A stretch of DNA of 64,000 nucleotides from positions 944 to 64,943 of the forward strand of contig JBDGYA010000009.1 in assembly GCA_039584325.1 (NCBI GenBank), written 5' to 3'. The notes under the pieces are model-generated. The model had not been told where the DNA came from and ran no database searches. It saw only the letters and a list, made by a program, of their open reading frames with translations. Position 1 is the stretch's first letter; every line of letters starts with the position of its first letter. The position numbers and the translations under genes were made by a program. Shown in pieces: positions 63,162 through 64,000 of this stretch. Origin of the DNA: Gemmatimonadota bacterium. GTDB lineage: Bacteria; Gemmatimonadota; Gemmatimonadetes; Gemmatimonadales; GWC2-71-9.

Positions 63162-64000
63162 CTATTCCAGGAGTTCGAGATCCAAGCTTTCGGCCGCCGC
63201 ATCGAGGGACGGATCCTGCTGGCGGTAGAGGCTCAGCCGCTTCTCCCGGTCCGATGCATGGTTCAGGCGGCGAGGCTCGGCTCGTCCCTGCTGCTCCGAC
63301 GGCTCCCCCTCGGACTCGAAGCGGACCTCCACGTTGTGGCCAGTGACCGTTCGGATCGCCGAGGCCACTCCCTTCCGTGCGCGCTCCAGACCCTCCAGAT
63401 GGCTCCGATCGGCGACCGTGAGCCGCAGCACGTCCCCGTCCACGCCGGCCGGCTGGACCGCCCCGAGCGCCTCCCGCAGCAGCCGGCGACGGCGACCGAC
63501 CTCGCTCAGCACGGTCGTCCACGCAGCGCGTACGGCATCCAAGGTGAGGGGCCCCGAAGGCTCCGGCGGGTGTCGCGGCGACGGCCCGGGCGGAGGAGCA
63601 TCCGGCTGTTTGGCCCCACGGGTAGCCGATGACCCTCCGGCCATCGTCCGCTGCGGTCGTGGGACGTCTCTTGGAGCGTCGCCACCCAGCGCGGCGAGCA
63701 CGTCTTCGAGTGCCACGGTGCGGTCGAGTAGACACCACTGCAGCACGAGCATCTCGACCTGAAGCCGCGCGTTCGGGCTGCGGCGGATACTCGCCTCGGT
63801 CTCGCCGAGCAGCTTGAGCATCCGCACGACATCCCCCGGAGCGAAGTCCTCTGAGCGTCGCTGAACAGCGTCGCGCAGTGCATCAGTGAGGCCCTCGGGC
63901 TCTCCGCCCAGCCGGCTGACCAGCAAGGCTCGCAGTGCATCGCCGGCGCCTCCGACGAACTCAGCAAGATCGACACCCGCATCCGTGAGACGGCTGACGA
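63162..64000 (-). CDS. dnaX: DNA polymerase III subunit gamma/tau, C-terminal part (partial, continues beyond the window)
   Basis: The frame stays open to the window edge. A Pro/Ala-rich linker is followed by the C-terminal domain. It sits in the classical position upstream of ybaB-recR. Confidence 0.75.
   Translation of the reverse strand, partial: VSRLTDAGVDLAEFVGGAGDALRALLVSRLGGEPEGLTDALRDAVQRRSEDFAPGDVVRMLKLLGETEASIRRSPNARLQVEMLVLQWCLLDRTVALEDVLAALGGDAPRDVPRPQRTMAGGSSATRGAKQPDAPPPGPSPRHPPEPSGPLTLDAVRAAWTTVLSEVGRRRRLLREALGAVQPAGVDGDVLRLTVADRSHLEGLERARKGVASAIRTVTGHNVEVRFESEGEPSEQQGRAEPRRLNHASDREKRLSLYRQQDPSLDAAAESLDLELLE

Overview
This is a high-GC (roughly 68% by eye), densely packed chromosomal segment with about 60 protein-coding genes. 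I found no rRNA, tRNA, CRISPR array, transposase, integrase or prophage genes. The gene content (many MacB/FtsX-type permeases, MglA/MglB, BshB1, DUF1207, M64 and M28 peptidases) fits a Gemmatimonadota- or Acidobacteriota-like organism, but that is inference only. Most long ORFs in the six-frame track are antisense shadows caused by stop-codon depletion in GC-rich DNA, so I chose the frame with recognisable family motifs and re-placed several start codons. Recognisable blocks are:
- a REC/HD-GYP regulator, lipoprotein and HAMP histidine kinase operon (1.6-4.9 kb)
- thiI and an MsbA-like ABC exporter
- a translationally coupled nucleotidyltransferase, methyltransferase and degenerate P-loop operon (10.1-11.9 kb)
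- secreted peptidases, an SDR, yajQ, a glycoside hydrolase and hpt
- a coupled MFS, GT4, GT4, HprK-like kinase and PF14907-like nucleotidyltransferase cluster (21.1-26.8 kb)
- a TonB-dependent receptor, msrPQ and galK
- a ~1318-aa NtrY-like sensor kinase
- a TolC, MacA, single ATPase and four FtsX permease locus (37.4-46.0 kb)
- bshB1, a cysteine desulfurase and mnmA
- an alpha/beta hydrolase, OsmC and a Kef-type antiporter
- a long same-strand array: dnaX, ybaB, recR, a small ORF, mglB, mglA, pgsA, cinA, grpE, dnaJ

The best candidate for an undescribed system is the kinase/nucleotidyltransferase/glycosyltransferase cluster. It resembles the tailoring half of a phospho-glycosylating RiPP pathway, but it has no visible precursor, cyclase or PqqD gene. 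Secondary curiosities are:
- an MglA with a ~30-aa insertion
- ABAB paralogy among the four permeases
- a P-loop protein that lacks the Walker A Lys/Ser
- a purine-rich degenerate octamer tract at three intergenic sites, one fused onto a kinase C-terminus
- a truncated four-helix-bundle (23S IVS-type) gene remnant

All functional calls come from motif recognition by eye. No database search was run.
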